From Lachnospiraceae bacterium (GTDB taxonomy: Bacteria > Bacillota > Clostridia > Lachnospirales > Lachnospiraceae): 64,000 nt of DNA. The notes under the pieces are model-generated. The model made no database searches. It saw nothing but the letters and a program-made list of their open reading frames with translations, and had not been told where the DNA came from. The DNA lies in assembly GCA_035271065.1 (NCBI GenBank), contig DATESB010000132.1, forward strand, positions 6,552 through 70,551. Direction: 5' to 3'. The translations under genes were made by a program, and so were the position numbers. The number at the start of each line of letters is the position of its first letter. Positions within the stretch are counted from its first letter, which is position 1. Below, one piece after another: positions 28,062 to 39,359 of the stretch.

Positions 28062-28718
28062 TTAGTTTTTCAACATACAATTTTCCATAATACTAAGACT
28101 TTTGAAGTTTTTATCAATATAGTTCTTTCGATATCTGTCCGCTAACAACTTGATTTCAGATAATACATCATCAGAAACTGTAAAGGTATATAACTTTTCA
28201 ATCGGTGCATCCACTATGAATTCTATTGCATACACGGCACTTTCGCTCAATTTCGTATCACTCGGTATTCCGGGAAACTCACCATTTACAACCATCGACT
28301 TTATCTCGTATATGTAACGAACCAGTTCATGGCTAAGTGATTTGGATGAGATAGCACGCAGAGATTGAAACAACAGTTTCAGCATTTCCTTCTCATCATT
28401 GTTTTCTCGTGTATAATAATCCGCATACTCCATAAAATACATGCCGATATAAGCCGCTTCAAAATCCGTGCGTAGTTCTTCAAAATAGTGGCTGATATCA
28501 GCCTCAATGATATTATATGATTTTCCTTCATAAAGTTTAAACGTACCAAAAGAAAAAGGATTGGTCCCTGCCATCAGGCGGCTGTTCTGCCGTCTTGCGC
28601 CTTTCGCAAAAGCAGTTATCTTTCCTCTTTCTTTTGTAAGTATGACCACTCTTTTGTCATATTCACCGATAGGACCCGCCTGCAGCACCATTCCCGTCAG
28701 TAAAATGTAATCTCTCAC
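28062..28718 (-). CDS. recO: DNA repair protein RecO
   Basis: Typical RecO N-terminal OB fold (GEYDKRVVILTKERGKITAFAKGARR). Sits in era-yqzL-recO synteny. Confidence 0.9.
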   Translation of the reverse strand: MRDYILLTGMVLQAGPIGEYDKRVVILTKERGKITAFAKGARRQNSRLMAGTNPFSFGTFKLYEGKSYNIIEADISHYFEELRTDFEAAYIGMYFMEYADYYTRENNDEKEMLKLLFQSLRAISSKSLSHELVRYIYEIKSMVVNGEFPGIPSDTKLSESAVYAIEFIVDAPIEKLYTFTVSDDVLSEIKLLADRYRKNYIDKNFKSLSIMENCMLKN

Positions 28719-28872
28719 TTGTTGTTATGCCTCCGTCCGGCTCCTGTTCCCTTGTATTCTGCACCTCTGTCCGTGCAAGCATGGCTTCTTCTTCCACCCT
28801 GCTTCTATATTGCAAATAATCATTAATACTGCCTGAACTTTCAAATTGCATCCAATCTTTTTCTGCTTTCAT
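28663..28872 (-). CDS. YqzL-like small protein
   Basis: W.QFESSGSINDYLQYR matches the YqzL pattern (W..F..tG.I..YL.y). It occupies the conserved position between era and recO. The 3' end overlaps recO by 56 nt, so the true C-terminus is uncertain. Confidence 0.6.
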   Translation of the reverse strand: MKAEKDWMQFESSGSINDYLQYRSRVEEEAMLARTEVQNTREQEPDGGITTSERLHFTDGNGAAGGSYR

Positions 28873-28938
28873 ACGGTACTCCCTCTACTACATGTTTTTC
28901 GTTTGCTTCACAATATAGGGTGTACCTTTTTCGAATAA

Positions 28939-29841
28939 TTACACTGTATCTTTTTGGTTATAACCAAAATTCTTTAACAGAAAATCGCTGTCACGCCAAT
29001 CTTTCTTGACTTTAACCCAAAGTTGCAGGTTTACCTTACTTTCTAACATCTCTTCAATCTGATATCGCGCCGCCGAGCCGATTTTCTTTAACATGGCTCC
29101 GCCTTTTCCTATGATAATACCCTTATGTGAATCACGCTCACAGATGATAGTTGCCTCAATATCTACAATCTTTGGTCGATACTTCATACTTTCAATAGAA
29201 ACTGCAATCCCGTGCGGTATCTCTTCGTCCAAGCACTGTAATGCCTTTTCACGAATAAACTCTGCCACAATTTGACGTTCCGGCTGGTCTGTTATGGTAT
29301 CTTCATCGTAAAACGGTTCTCCGTAAGGAAGATATTTCATAATCAACTCAATCAGTTTGTCTGTATTCTCACCCTTCAGTGCCGATACCGGAATAATTTC
29401 CGCAAAATCGCAGATATCCTTATAGGCATCTATAAAGCGAAGAATTTCCTCATGCTTTACCGTATCAATCTTATTAATGACAAGAATAATCGGCGTCTTT
29501 ACTTTTCCGAGTTTTTCAGCAATACTTCTCTCACCCGCCCCGATAAAGGTAGACGGTTCTACTAACCATAGTACTACATCTACTTCCGAAAAAGTTCTCG
29601 TTGCCGTGGATACCATATAGTCCCCAAGTCGGTTCTTTGCCTTGTGTATTCCCGGTGTATCGACAAATACAATCTGCCCTACATCACTTGTATAAACCGT
29701 TTGTATTCTGTTTCTTGTTGTCTGTGGCTTATTGGAAGTAATCGCAATCTTCTGACCGATTAAATGATTCATCAGCGTAGATTTCCCTACATTCGGTCTG
29801 CCAATCAGTGTTGCAAAGCCTGATTTGTATTGTGCATTCAT
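28939..29841 (-). CDS. era: GTPase Era
   Basis: G1 motif GRPNVGKST, DTPG, NKID, and a C-terminal KH domain. Confidence 0.96.
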   Translation of the reverse strand: MNAQYKSGFATLIGRPNVGKSTLMNHLIGQKIAITSNKPQTTRNRIQTVYTSDVGQIVFVDTPGIHKAKNRLGDYMVSTATRTFSEVDVVLWLVEPSTFIGAGERSIAEKLGKVKTPIILVINKIDTVKHEEILRFIDAYKDICDFAEIIPVSALKGENTDKLIELIMKYLPYGEPFYDEDTITDQPERQIVAEFIREKALQCLDEEIPHGIAVSIESMKYRPKIVDIEATIICERDSHKGIIIGKGGAMLKKIGSAARYQIEEMLESKVNLQLWVKVKKDWRDSDFLLKNFGYNQKDTV

Positions 29842-29850
29842 AGTATGCTC

Positions 29851-30948
29851 CTATTTCTGTGTTGTATCATTCTGCTGTGCGGCCTGTTGCGCCTGTGCCT
29901 GTGCAGATTGCTGTTGTAATTCTGTCTTTAACTGTGCCGCTGCTACCTGCTGAGCCTGCGTTCTTGCCTGCTGTTCCGCAATTTGCTGCGCTTTTTTCTT
30001 CTTATTACGCTTCACAATCAATCTGATAATCAGAACAATTGCTGTAATGACAATCGCCCATATAATCAAGTAAGGAATTGCAATAATGAAGCCGACGCCA
30101 AAGTCCAAAAGCCCTTCTGCCACATCATAAATACTCTCTGCAAAACCGACTCTAATCTTATCCCATCTGCTTTCTTCCACCTGCGGTGTCAGTCTCTTCA
30201 CTTCATTTATGTATAAGTATACAGTACTGAAATCAACCAAATTATCATAGGTACGCAGTTGTGATTCATACGACTCTAACTGATATCTAACCTCAGTCAT
30301 TCTGCTTTCCAGTGCGATAATCGTTTCTAAATCTTCTGCCTCTTCTAGCAGTTCCTGCAATCTCTCCTGCTCTACCTTCAGTGAATCTCTGCGTGACTTT
30401 GTATCCACATATTGTAATGTAATATCCTCTGCACTCTCGCTCTTATTGGTGACATTCGAAATCTCTGAAACCTCTGAAACAAATGCATCTAACTTTGCAC
30501 TTGGTACACGGATGGTCATACTTGCATATCTGTTTGAAGAATCATCATAATAAGTTCTTCCGCTGACACTCGTCGATTCAGCGTATCCGCCAAGGTCTTC
30601 AATTCTCTGATTGATTTTCTGCATCAGTGTATCAAATTCCTCTGTCTCAACGTCCATATTAACCGTCTTGATTAACTTACGGTTTGCAGCAACGGACTGT
30701 GTTTCAGAACCTTCAACAGTTGTCGCCTCCTCTTCCGGTGTCTCTGCTGTTCCGGTATCATAAGACCCCTCTGTCGCCATTGCCGCTTCATTCATGTAAA
30801 TATCATCCGTTGCATATGCTTCCTCCGCAACCGGCATTGCTTCTGCTGACGCATAATCCATTGACGTAGCCTTGGAACTTCCACATCCTGCAATGACACT
30901 CACTACCAACAAAGCACTCATCAATCCAACTATTAGTTTCTTCTTCAT
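29851..30948 (-). CDS. DUF4349 domain lipoprotein with C-terminal TM and Gln-rich tail
   Basis: Lipobox (IAGC), coiled-coil DUF4349 core (RKLIKTVNMDVETEEF...), a TM helix, then the AQQIAEQQARTQAQQ... tail. Confidence 0.75.
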   Translation of the reverse strand: MKKKLIVGLMSALLVVSVIAGCGSSKATSMDYASAEAMPVAEEAYATDDIYMNEAAMATEGSYDTGTAETPEEEATTVEGSETQSVAANRKLIKTVNMDVETEEFDTLMQKINQRIEDLGGYAESTSVSGRTYYDDSSNRYASMTIRVPSAKLDAFVSEVSEISNVTNKSESAEDITLQYVDTKSRRDSLKVEQERLQELLEEAEDLETIIALESRMTEVRYQLESYESQLRTYDNLVDFSTVYLYINEVKRLTPQVEESRWDKIRVGFAESIYDVAEGLLDFGVGFIIAIPYLIIWAIVITAIVLIIRLIVKRNKKKKAQQIAEQQARTQAQQVAAAQLKTELQQQSAQAQAQQAAQQNDTTQK

Positions 30949-31073
30949 CTCATTTCCTCCCTTTCGACCGCCCTGCGATCAAGCACATATTAACTGCCGT
31001 ATTCGGCATCGTATTTGTTGTTATAATCAATACGTATGCCACCCTCATTATTTATGGTACTTTTATGAAATTA

Positions 31074-33992
31074 TTAAAATAAATTTTCTATTTGGTCAAA
31101 TAATGCCTTTTGTTCCTCAACTTTTTCTTCACCGCCAAGTACACAGAACAAATTCTGTTTCAGAACTGCCTCTACATAACGCGCCATATCTCGGATATTT
31201 TCTTCGCCTGCATGCAAGACTTCGTCTCTTTCACGCTGTATATCCTCATAAGTTTCATGTGTCAGATAAGCAATCAATGAACGAGCTCCCTTTGCTGACG
31301 GATTCAACGGAATATCCATATCGCTGATTGCTCCGATGATATATTTGGTCATTTCACGCTCATCGGCATTAAAATTCTTCAGATAATCAACCGCTTTATG
31401 ATATACCTCTATTGTCTTTTCTAAATTAGGATCTCTGTAGGATACCATATAGGAATCCCCCACCTTTGAAAAAGAACTCATACATCCGTAGGCTCCACCC
31501 TTCACACGCACATGATTCCATAGATAGTCATATCCAAGGATGACCTTCATCACTTTCAATACACCCGTATATGAGAGCCCTGCCTGCTTATAGTTGCCGG
31601 CAACTGCTACATATTGTACCTTGGAAGCCGTCTTAAAACCTTCGTTTTTCTTTTGCGGTACAATCTTGAAGCCATCTGTATCCGGAATATCCGTATAAAG
31701 CTTATTCCGAAACGTTTCTATTTCTCCCGGAAGCAATGAATATCCTTTTTCATCTGCAGTATAGTCTACCAACATACCGTCTGCACGGAAAATGATATGC
31801 ATCAGTTTCTTCAACTTTGCAATCATATCATCCTTTTCTTCTTCAAAGTTTGACTCAATTTTGTCAATCAGTCGATAAAAGGTAAGCCCGCCAATCATAT
31901 CTGAGACACCTGCTGTCTCGGAGCAATAGGACAACGCCCTAAGAGCTGCTGTTGAATGTCCTGAAGAACTCATACTCATTTGCAATCTTGATTTCAGCAT
32001 GGCAATAATCTCATACAGCCTCTTATCGTCATCAAAATTCGAGGCAAACAAAATTTCATCAATCATTTCAAATACAAAATGCAGTTTTTCGTACAATACT
32101 TTTGCACGTATTTCAAACTTTACAACAAATCGGTTTTGCACCTTGGCATCTGCATAGGAAGTCACTCCGGTATAGATGCCACCCGAATTCATATTGATTT
32201 CATTAAATAAGTCGCCGTACGAATAATGTTCAGTACTGACAAAACCAAGTACATTTTTCAGAATTCCCAGATACGGCACAAGTTCATTCGGAACCTGTTC
32301 AATATTGAATAAAATGTTCAGATATCCGATACCATTGGTAAAGAAATTATGATGTAGCACTGTCGTATCCGCAATCGTCTCAATCTCTGTCTTAAACGGT
32401 TCAGCTTCTTTCTTAATATCCTCACGCTGTAACAATGGAATGGATTCCAATTCCTCCTTTGTGCTGGGTTCCTCCTGATAAGCAATAAGCGCTTCCGTCT
32501 TTTGAACCATTTCTTCGATTTGTTCATTGCTCAATGTCTCTTTGAATGAACTGAGACGTGCTGCTTCCTTTGCATCCAATTCAGCAGTTAATCCCCTCTT
32601 CGGCTCCACAATCACAATAGCCGCATGCGTATTATCCAATAAATACTTCTGTATCAACTGTTCAAAATATCCCTCATCCACCTTGCTCTTAATGAAAGCA
32701 AATGTATCATTGGCTTCAATATGCATAAATGGTCTCTTCTCATCATACAGCCAACTGTCATATGCCTGCAATCCATACGTCAGCCCTTTCGGATAAGAGC
32801 CAAAATCTGCTTCTCTGTATTTGAATTCATAGAAATTAATTCCCGCAAGCAGTGCTTTCCTATCCATTCCGTTCTTCACAATACCGGAAAGGACCTCACG
32901 GATTGTATTCATGAATTCATCCAAGTCAGACTTGTTGGCATTTTTGGCAATCACTGAAAAATAAGGCTGCAGCACTCCATTTTCATAAGTACTCATAATA
33001 TCCTTACCAATCTTCTTGTCCAAAAGTGCCTGTTTCAGCGGTGCACCCGGCGCCAACAACAATGCATACTCAATAATCTGAAATGCCAGATATAATTCTT
33101 TATTCAAACTTGTATCAATGACCAGATTGTAGGATAAATAGGTATTATCCTCCAGCGGTTCTTCATTGGTAATCGAATATTTTTTGGTCTTTGTTACAAC
33201 TTCGGAAAAACCTTTCTGCATGTCTATTGAAGAGTCAATCAGCAATGCATCGAACTTACTGAGGTATTCCTGATCAAGCCACGTAAGCTTCTCTTCCATA
33301 TCCATATCACCATATAGATATATATAACTGTTGGACGGATGATAATATCTCCTGTGGAAGTCCAGAAATTGCTCATAAGAAAGCGTCGGGATATCAGCCG
33401 GATCACCACCCGATTCATAAGAATAAGCCGTATCCGGAAACAGCGTATTAAACACTTCCCTGTCTAACATATCATCAGGCGAGGAAAAAGCCCCCTTCAT
33501 TTCATTATAGACAACACCGTTAATGGTAATCGGCGCATCTTTATCTTCCAATTCATAATGCCAGCCTTCCTGTCTGAATATCTCCTCTCGCTCATAGATA
33601 TTCGGATAGAATACAGCATCTAAATAAACATGCATTAAATTCTGAAAATCCTTGTCATTACAACTTGCCACCGGATATACTGTCTTATCCGGATAAGTCA
33701 TGGCATTCAAAAATGTATTCAAAGAACCCTTCACCAGTTCCACAAACGGATCTTTTGCCGGAAAATGTTTGGAACCGCACAATACGGAATGCTCCAGTAT
33801 ATGCGGTAATCCCGTACTGTCGGCAGGCGGTGTGCGAAACCCGATGGAAAAGACTTTATTGTTGTCATCATTTGAAAGAAGCAGGATACGTGCTCCCGTC
33901 TTCCTGTGGCGTAATAAAAAGCCATCTGACGTCAGATCCGATACCCTGCGTTCCTCTATCACTTCGTATTCTTTCATATTAGTAATGCTCAT
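31074..33992 (-). CDS. M16C family zinc metallopeptidase (PreP/insulinase-like)
   Basis: 972 aa with inverted zinc motif HILEH. The length and domain order match presequence-protease-like peptidases. Confidence 0.88.
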   Translation of the reverse strand: MSITNMKEYEVIEERRVSDLTSDGFLLRHRKTGARILLLSNDDNNKVFSIGFRTPPADSTGLPHILEHSVLCGSKHFPAKDPFVELVKGSLNTFLNAMTYPDKTVYPVASCNDKDFQNLMHVYLDAVFYPNIYEREEIFRQEGWHYELEDKDAPITINGVVYNEMKGAFSSPDDMLDREVFNTLFPDTAYSYESGGDPADIPTLSYEQFLDFHRRYYHPSNSYIYLYGDMDMEEKLTWLDQEYLSKFDALLIDSSIDMQKGFSEVVTKTKKYSITNEEPLEDNTYLSYNLVIDTSLNKELYLAFQIIEYALLLAPGAPLKQALLDKKIGKDIMSTYENGVLQPYFSVIAKNANKSDLDEFMNTIREVLSGIVKNGMDRKALLAGINFYEFKYREADFGSYPKGLTYGLQAYDSWLYDEKRPFMHIEANDTFAFIKSKVDEGYFEQLIQKYLLDNTHAAIVIVEPKRGLTAELDAKEAARLSSFKETLSNEQIEEMVQKTEALIAYQEEPSTKEELESIPLLQREDIKKEAEPFKTEIETIADTTVLHHNFFTNGIGYLNILFNIEQVPNELVPYLGILKNVLGFVSTEHYSYGDLFNEINMNSGGIYTGVTSYADAKVQNRFVVKFEIRAKVLYEKLHFVFEMIDEILFASNFDDDKRLYEIIAMLKSRLQMSMSSSGHSTAALRALSYCSETAGVSDMIGGLTFYRLIDKIESNFEEEKDDMIAKLKKLMHIIFRADGMLVDYTADEKGYSLLPGEIETFRNKLYTDIPDTDGFKIVPQKKNEGFKTASKVQYVAVAGNYKQAGLSYTGVLKVMKVILGYDYLWNHVRVKGGAYGCMSSFSKVGDSYMVSYRDPNLEKTIEVYHKAVDYLKNFNADEREMTKYIIGAISDMDIPLNPSAKGARSLIAYLTHETYEDIQRERDEVLHAGEENIRDMARYVEAVLKQNLFCVLGGEEKVEEQKALFDQIENLF

Positions 33993-34003
33993 AATGTCCC
34001 CCT

Positions 34004-34867
34004 CTAAGAATTTTTGATATGTTCATGCGTAAATAAATGTTCCTGGCAGTATTCATAATTACCGTCACACTTGGTACAGAATCGGAATTCCAATGCACCT
34101 TCATCCTCTTCTGTTCTGCCACAGATTGCACATTTGTGCTTTGTAATCCCTGTTGCCTTTCGTACTTCAGTGCGATACACCTGCTTTCTGTGTATCTCCT
34201 TTGGTGTAATCCGCTTCATATTTCGTGTTGATAAGAAAAACAGAATAAAGTTCAAAAGTGATGCTGCTATGGCAACCTTAACCTCTAACCCACCTTTAAA
34301 GAAACTGTATAATAAAGTTGCTGCATATAAATATGCCATCCACTTAATCTTAATCGGAATAATAAAGTAAAGCATGACCCGCATCTCCGGATAATTTGCC
34401 GCAAATGCCAGAAAAATTGACATATTGACGTAATAAGTAGTGAATATAATACTAATAATCTGACCGTAAGCCGCTGCATCCACTGAACTGAGATCGAAAC
34501 CTGTTCTGAACAGCAACAATAAAATAGCACCAATCACCGAAAAGATAACACCTGAAAAGATATAAACATTATAACGGAATGCGCCCCATGTCCGTTCTAG
34601 GTTTGTTCCGATAGAATAATAAAACATCAACATGATAACAAGAAATAGTATATTATATCCACTTGGCGGAACAATCATCCAAGTAATGATACGCCATACC
34701 TGACCGTGTAATATTTTATACGGGTCCAAATTAATCCACAAGACGAAAGCCGGTGCAATCATCATCAGAACATACCCAAGTGCATAACCGCCCACTATAT
34801 ATAGAGACAAATTGTTTATGGCATATCTGCCAAATTTTCTCTCCGCCTTATTTAACCATTTTTCCAT
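34004..34867 (-). CDS. Rhomboid-like multi-TM protein with C-terminal zinc ribbon (probably non-catalytic)
   Basis: GQVWRIITWMIV and LERTWG resemble rhomboid TM2/L1 motifs. 6-7 TM helices and a C-terminal CxxC...CxxC (CAICG...CTKCD). I see no His in the TM region. Confidence 0.5.
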   Translation of the reverse strand: MEKWLNKAERKFGRYAINNLSLYIVGGYALGYVLMMIAPAFVLWINLDPYKILHGQVWRIITWMIVPPSGYNILFLVIMLMFYYSIGTNLERTWGAFRYNVYIFSGVIFSVIGAILLLLFRTGFDLSSVDAAAYGQIISIIFTTYYVNMSIFLAFAANYPEMRVMLYFIIPIKIKWMAYLYAATLLYSFFKGGLEVKVAIAASLLNFILFFLSTRNMKRITPKEIHRKQVYRTEVRKATGITKHKCAICGRTEEDEGALEFRFCTKCDGNYEYCQEHLFTHEHIKNS

Positions 34868-35006
34868 ACAATACACCTCAACTTCTTTTTAATAACACTA
34901 TATTTGATTTTATCATTGCCGGTATTAAAAGTAAACCGGACTTCCAAAAATTTATGATTATAATAGATTATTTTTATAATTCCAGCCATTATCCAAGAAC
35001 TTGAGA

Positions 35007-35035
35007 TTGCACTTTCAAAAACCTTGTCGTATAAT
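35007..35035 (+). promoter_or_regulatory. Promoter of the activase/dehydratase fusion gene
   Basis: TTGCAC, 17 nt, TATAAT. About 35 nt upstream of the start codon. Confidence 0.6.
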
Positions 35036-35069
35036 GTAATTTGATTTTGGAAATAGGAAGGAAATCTGC

Positions 35070-38000
35070 ATGGCATTACACAAACTTGGAATCGATATTG
35101 GTTCCACCACTGTTAAAATAGCAATTCTTGACGAGCAAAACACTTTGCTCTTTTTCGATTATGAAAGACATTTTGCCAATATCCGCGAGACATTGGCTTC
35201 TTTGCTTGAAAAAGCATATAAAGAATTAGGCGAACTTGAGTTATCTCCGATGATTACCGGTTCCGGCGGTCTGACGCTTGCCAACCACTTAAATGTTCCA
35301 TTTGTACAGGAAGTCATCGCAGTATCCACAGCACTTTCTGACTATGCACCACAGACTGATGTAGCAATTGAACTTGGTGGCGAGGATGCCAAGATCATTT
35401 ACTTTGAAGGTGGCAATGTCGAACAGAGAATGAACGGTATCTGTGCCGGTGGTACAGGTTCTTTTATCGACCAGATGGCTTCACTTCTGCAGACAGATGC
35501 AACCGGATTAAATGAATATGCCAAAGGTTATCAATCTTTATATACCATTGCTGCAAGATGTGGTGTTTTTGCCAAATCTGATATCCAGCCTCTCATTAAT
35601 GAGGGTGCCACCAAAGAAGATTTATCAGCTTCTATCTTTCAGGCAGTTGTCAACCAGACCATCAGTGGACTTGCTTGTGGTAAGCCAATTCGCGGGCATG
35701 TTGCATTTTTGGGTGGTCCGCTTCATTTCTTATCAGAATTAAAGGAAGCCTTCATCCGTACCTTAAAGTTGGATGATGAACATATTATTGCACCTGAGCA
35801 GTCACATTTATTCGCTGCTATTGGTTCAGCTCTGAATTATCATCCTGATACCATAACCTCTCTATCCAATATGGTAGAACGTCTATCCGGTGATATCAAA
35901 ATGGAATTTGAGGTAGAGCGTATGGAACCGCTCTTTGCCACAAAGAAAGATTATACCGAATTTGAAAATCGTCATAATACACACTGTGTTGTTACAGCCG
36001 AGTTAAAAGATTATGAAGGAAATTGTTTTTTGGGAATTGATGCCGGCTCCACAACAACTAAGGTTGCGTTGGTTGCTGAAAACGGCGCTCTGCTCTATTC
36101 ATTTTACAGTAATAATAACGGTAGCCCGCTTGCAACTACCATACGTTCTATTAAGGAAATCTATCACCTGCTTCCTCCAAGTGCATCAATTGTACACTCC
36201 TGCTCCACCGGTTATGGTGAGGCATTGATTAAGGCGGCTCTTATGCTAGACGAGGGCGAAGTTGAGACTGTGGCACATTATTATGCTGCTGCTTTCTTTG
36301 AGCCTGAAGTTGATTGTATCTTGGATATCGGCGGTCAGGATATGAAATGTATCAAAATTAAAAACCACACCGTTGACAGCGTGCAGTTAAATGAAGCATG
36401 TTCTTCCGGTTGCGGTTCTTTTATTGAAACGTTTGCAAAATCATTGAACTATAGTGTACAGGACTTTTCAAAGGCAGCACTATTTGCAAAGCATCCGATT
36501 GATTTAGGTACACGTTGTACCGTATTTATGAATTCCAAAGTAAAACAAGCACAGAAAGAAGGTGCCGGTGTGGATGATATTTCTGCCGGTCTTGCTTATT
36601 CTGTCATTAAAAATGCTTTATTTAAAGTCATCAAAGTATCCGATGCAGCTGAACTCGGGCAAAAAATTGTTGTACAAGGTGGTACTTTCTATAACGATGC
36701 CGTTCTCAGAAGTTTTGAAAAAATTGCAAACTGCGAAGCCATTCGTCCCGACATTGCAGGTATTATGGGAGCGTTCGGTGCTGCTTTGATTGCCCGTGAG
36801 CGCCATAGTGCCGATTACGAAAGCACAATGCTGTCCATTGATAAAATCAATGCATTGGAATTCACAACCAGCATGGCAAAATGTAAGGGTTGTACCAACA
36901 ACTGCCGTCTGACCATTAATAAATTTACAGGTGGACGCCAATACATCTCCGGCAATCGTTGTGAACGCGGTATCGGTAAAACTAAAAATGAACATAACAT
37001 ACCGAATTTATTTGAATATAAAGAGCAACGCATTTTCTCCTATGAAGCACTCCCTGCTGATGAAGCAAAGCGTGGCAAAGTAGGTATTCCGCGTGTTCTG
37101 AACATGTACGAAAACTATCCGTTTTGGTTTACGTTCTTTACCAAACTGGGTTATCAGGTTGTTCTCTCTCCAAGTTCAACCCATAAAATCTACGAACTCG
37201 GCATCGAATCTATTCCGAGTGAATCAGAGTGCTATCCTGCCAAGTTGGTACACGGGCATATCATGTGGTTAATCAAACAAAATGTACCGTTTATCTTCTA
37301 TCCTTCATTATTTTATGAAAGAAACGAGATGCCGGATTCCAACAACCATTATAATTGTCCAATTGTAACTTCTTATCCGGAAAACATTAAAAATAATGTA
37401 GATGAAATACAACGCGGTGACGTTAAATTTGTTAATCCGTTTATGTCTTTCAAAGATGTTGACATTGTCATTGAACGCTTGATTGAAGCTTTTCCTGATA
37501 TTGCGTCTTTCGAAATTGCCGAGGCAGCACGCCTTGGCTGGGCTGAGCAAGAAGCTGCACACAAAGATGTACAGAAAAAAGGCGAAGAAGTCATTGCTTA
37601 TCTGAAAGAAACCGGAAAACGCGGCATTGTTCTTGCAGGCAGACCTTACCACATTGATCCCGAAATTCATCATGGTATTCCGGAATTGATTAATTCCTAT
37701 GATATTGCCGTACTGACAGAAGACTCCATCTCACATCTGGCACCTGTTGAGCGTCCTTTACGTGTTTCAGACCAGTGGATGTATCATTCCAGATTATATG
37801 CAGCAGCTAATTATGTCAAAACACAAGAAAACCTTGAACTGGTACAGCTCAATTCCTTTGGCTGTGGACTTGACGCCGTAACGACCGATCAGGTAAGTGA
37901 TATTCTGACCGACTCAGGCAAGATTTACACCTGCTTAAAAATTGACGAAGTCAATAACCTCGGTGCTGCACGTATCCGTATTCGTTCTCTGATTTCCGCA

Positions 38001-39329
38001 ATTCGTGTGCGTGAATTAAAATGTCAGGCAGAAGGTACTATGGCACCTAAGCGGGAAATTAAATCTTCTGCATATCACCGCACTGTATTTACGGCTGAAA
38101 TGCGTGAAAAATATACAATACTCTGCCCTCAGATGTCACCCATCCACTTTGATGTCATGCAGGCAGCATTTGTTGCAAGTGGCTATAATTTCGTACTTCT
38201 GCAAAATACCACCCGCGATGCAGTTAATGTGGGACTAAAATATGTTAATAACGATGCATGCTTCCCTTCTCTTCTTGTAGTCGGACAGATTATGGAAGCC
38301 ATTTTGTCCGGTGAATATGATTTGAACAAAACAGCTGTCATGATGTCACAAACCGGCGGTGGTTGTCGTGCAACCAACTATATTGCATTTATTAGACGTG
38401 CCTTCGAGAAGGCAGGCTGCCCACAGATTCCTGTTATCTCGTTGAGTTTTTCCGGTATTGAAAAAAATCCCGGCTTTGTGATTGATGCTAATCTGCTGTT
38501 ACGCGCAATTTCTTCCGTGGTATTTGGTGATATCTTTATGCGTTGCCTGTATCGTATGCGTCCGTATGAAGCTGTTCCCGGTTCTGCCAATGCATTACAT
38601 AAAAAATGGGAAGCAAAATGCCGTGACTTTGTCAGCAGTAAACACTTTAATCTGCTCACCTATGCAAAGATGTGCAAGCAGATCGTAAAAGAATTTGATG
38701 AACTTCCGATTACAGATATTCAAAAGCCACGTGTTGGTGTTGTCGGTGAAATTTTGGTTAAGTTCTCACCAACTGCCAATAACTATCTTGTTGAGTTATT
38801 GGAGTCAGAAGGTGCTGAAGCAGTTGTTCCCGATTTGCTGGATTTCCTATTATACTGCTTCTATAACCAACTCTATAAAGCCGACAAATTAGGAACAAGC
38901 AAAAAAGATGCTCGCAATGCCCGCATCTTCATCTGGGCTTTGGAAACATTCAGAGGCAGCGCTAAAAAGGCATTAAATAGGAGCAAACATTTCCACGCTC
39001 CTGCTCCTATCTTCCAACTTGCTGAATATGCTTCCGACATTGTATCCCTCGGTAATCAGACCGGTGAGGGTTGGTTCCTTACAGGTGAGATGTTAGAACT
39101 CATCCACTCCGGTGTCAATAATATTGTGTGTACGCAACCCTTTGCATGTCTGCCTAACCACGTTGTCGGAAAAGGTGTCATCAAAGAACTCCGCCACAGA
39201 TATCCACTTTCCAATGTTGTGGCAATTGATTATGACCCCGGTGCAAGCGAAGTAAACCAATTAAATCGTATCAAACTGATGCTCTCAACAGCACATAAGA
39301 ATATGAAAAAAACGGCGGATACACATTAA
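35070..39329 (+). CDS. Fusion protein: two BcrAD/BadFG-type (ASKHA) activator ATPase modules plus a 2-hydroxyacyl-CoA-dehydratase/DUF2229-like module
   Basis: Two LGID(I/A)GSTT(V/T)K phosphate-1 motifs (about aa 7 and aa 321). Cys cluster [15 protein letters not shown]...GNRCERG. The C-terminal halves resemble HgdB/benzoyl-CoA reductase B/C. Confidence 0.85.
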   Translation: MALHKLGIDIGSTTVKIAILDEQNTLLFFDYERHFANIRETLASLLEKAYKELGELELSPMITGSGGLTLANHLNVPFVQEVIAVSTALSDYAPQTDVAIELGGEDAKIIYFEGGNVEQRMNGICAGGTGSFIDQMASLLQTDATGLNEYAKGYQSLYTIAARCGVFAKSDIQPLINEGATKEDLSASIFQAVVNQTISGLACGKPIRGHVAFLGGPLHFLSELKEAFIRTLKLDDEHIIAPEQSHLFAAIGSALNYHPDTITSLSNMVERLSGDIKMEFEVERMEPLFATKKDYTEFENRHNTHCVVTAELKDYEGNCFLGIDAGSTTTKVALVAENGALLYSFYSNNNGSPLATTIRSIKEIYHLLPPSASIVHSCSTGYGEALIKAALMLDEGEVETVAHYYAAAFFEPEVDCILDIGGQDMKCIKIKNHTVDSVQLNEACSSGCGSFIETFAKSLNYSVQDFSKAALFAKHPIDLGTRCTVFMNSKVKQAQKEGAGVDDISAGLAYSVIKNALFKVIKVSDAAELGQKIVVQGGTFYNDAVLRSFEKIANCEAIRPDIAGIMGAFGAALIARERHSADYESTMLSIDKINALEFTTSMAKCKGCTNNCRLTINKFTGGRQYISGNRCERGIGKTKNEHNIPNLFEYKEQRIFSYEALPADEAKRGKVGIPRVLNMYENYPFWFTFFTKLGYQVVLSPSSTHKIYELGIESIPSESECYPAKLVHGHIMWLIKQNVPFIFYPSLFYERNEMPDSNNHYNCPIVTSYPENIKNNVDEIQRGDVKFVNPFMSFKDVDIVIERLIEAFPDIASFEIAEAARLGWAEQEAAHKDVQKKGEEVIAYLKETGKRGIVLAGRPYHIDPEIHHGIPELINSYDIAVLTEDSISHLAPVERPLRVSDQWMYHSRLYAAANYVKTQENLELVQLNSFGCGLDAVTTDQVSDILTDSGKIYTCLKIDEVNNLGAARIRIRSLISAIRVRELKCQAEGTMAPKREIKSSAYHRTVFTAEMREKYTILCPQMSPIHFDVMQAAFVASGYNFVLLQNTTRDAVNVGLKYVNNDACFPSLLVVGQIMEAILSGEYDLNKTAVMMSQTGGGCRATNYIAFIRRAFEKAGCPQIPVISLSFSGIEKNPGFVIDANLLLRAISSVVFGDIFMRCLYRMRPYEAVPGSANALHKKWEAKCRDFVSSKHFNLLTYAKMCKQIVKEFDELPITDIQKPRVGVVGEILVKFSPTANNYLVELLESEGAEAVVPDLLDFLLYCFYNQLYKADKLGTSKKDARNARIFIWALETFRGSAKKALNRSKHFHAPAPIFQLAEYASDIVSLGNQTGEGWFLTGEMLELIHSGVNNIVCTQPFACLPNHVVGKGVIKELRHRYPLSNVVAIDYDPGASEVNQLNRIKLMLSTAHKNMKKTADTH

Positions 39330-39347
39330 TGTATTCGCCGTTTTTTT
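39304..39347. terminator. Bidirectional intrinsic terminator between convergent genes
   Basis: CGGCGGATAC / GTATTCGCCG stem (39313-39322 / 39331-39340), A7 on the left and T7 on the right. The stop codon of the plus gene sits in the loop. Confidence 0.85.
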
Positions 39348-39359
39348 CATATCTGTACT

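Noticed and set aside
28663-28718. 56-nt overlap between the yqzL-like ORF and recO, considered as a frameshift or fusion
   Set aside because: Both frames have their own plausible starts, and the era-yqzL-recO order is conserved. The overlap more likely reflects an overextended small ORF or a later recO start (M10). There is no evidence of a pseudogene.
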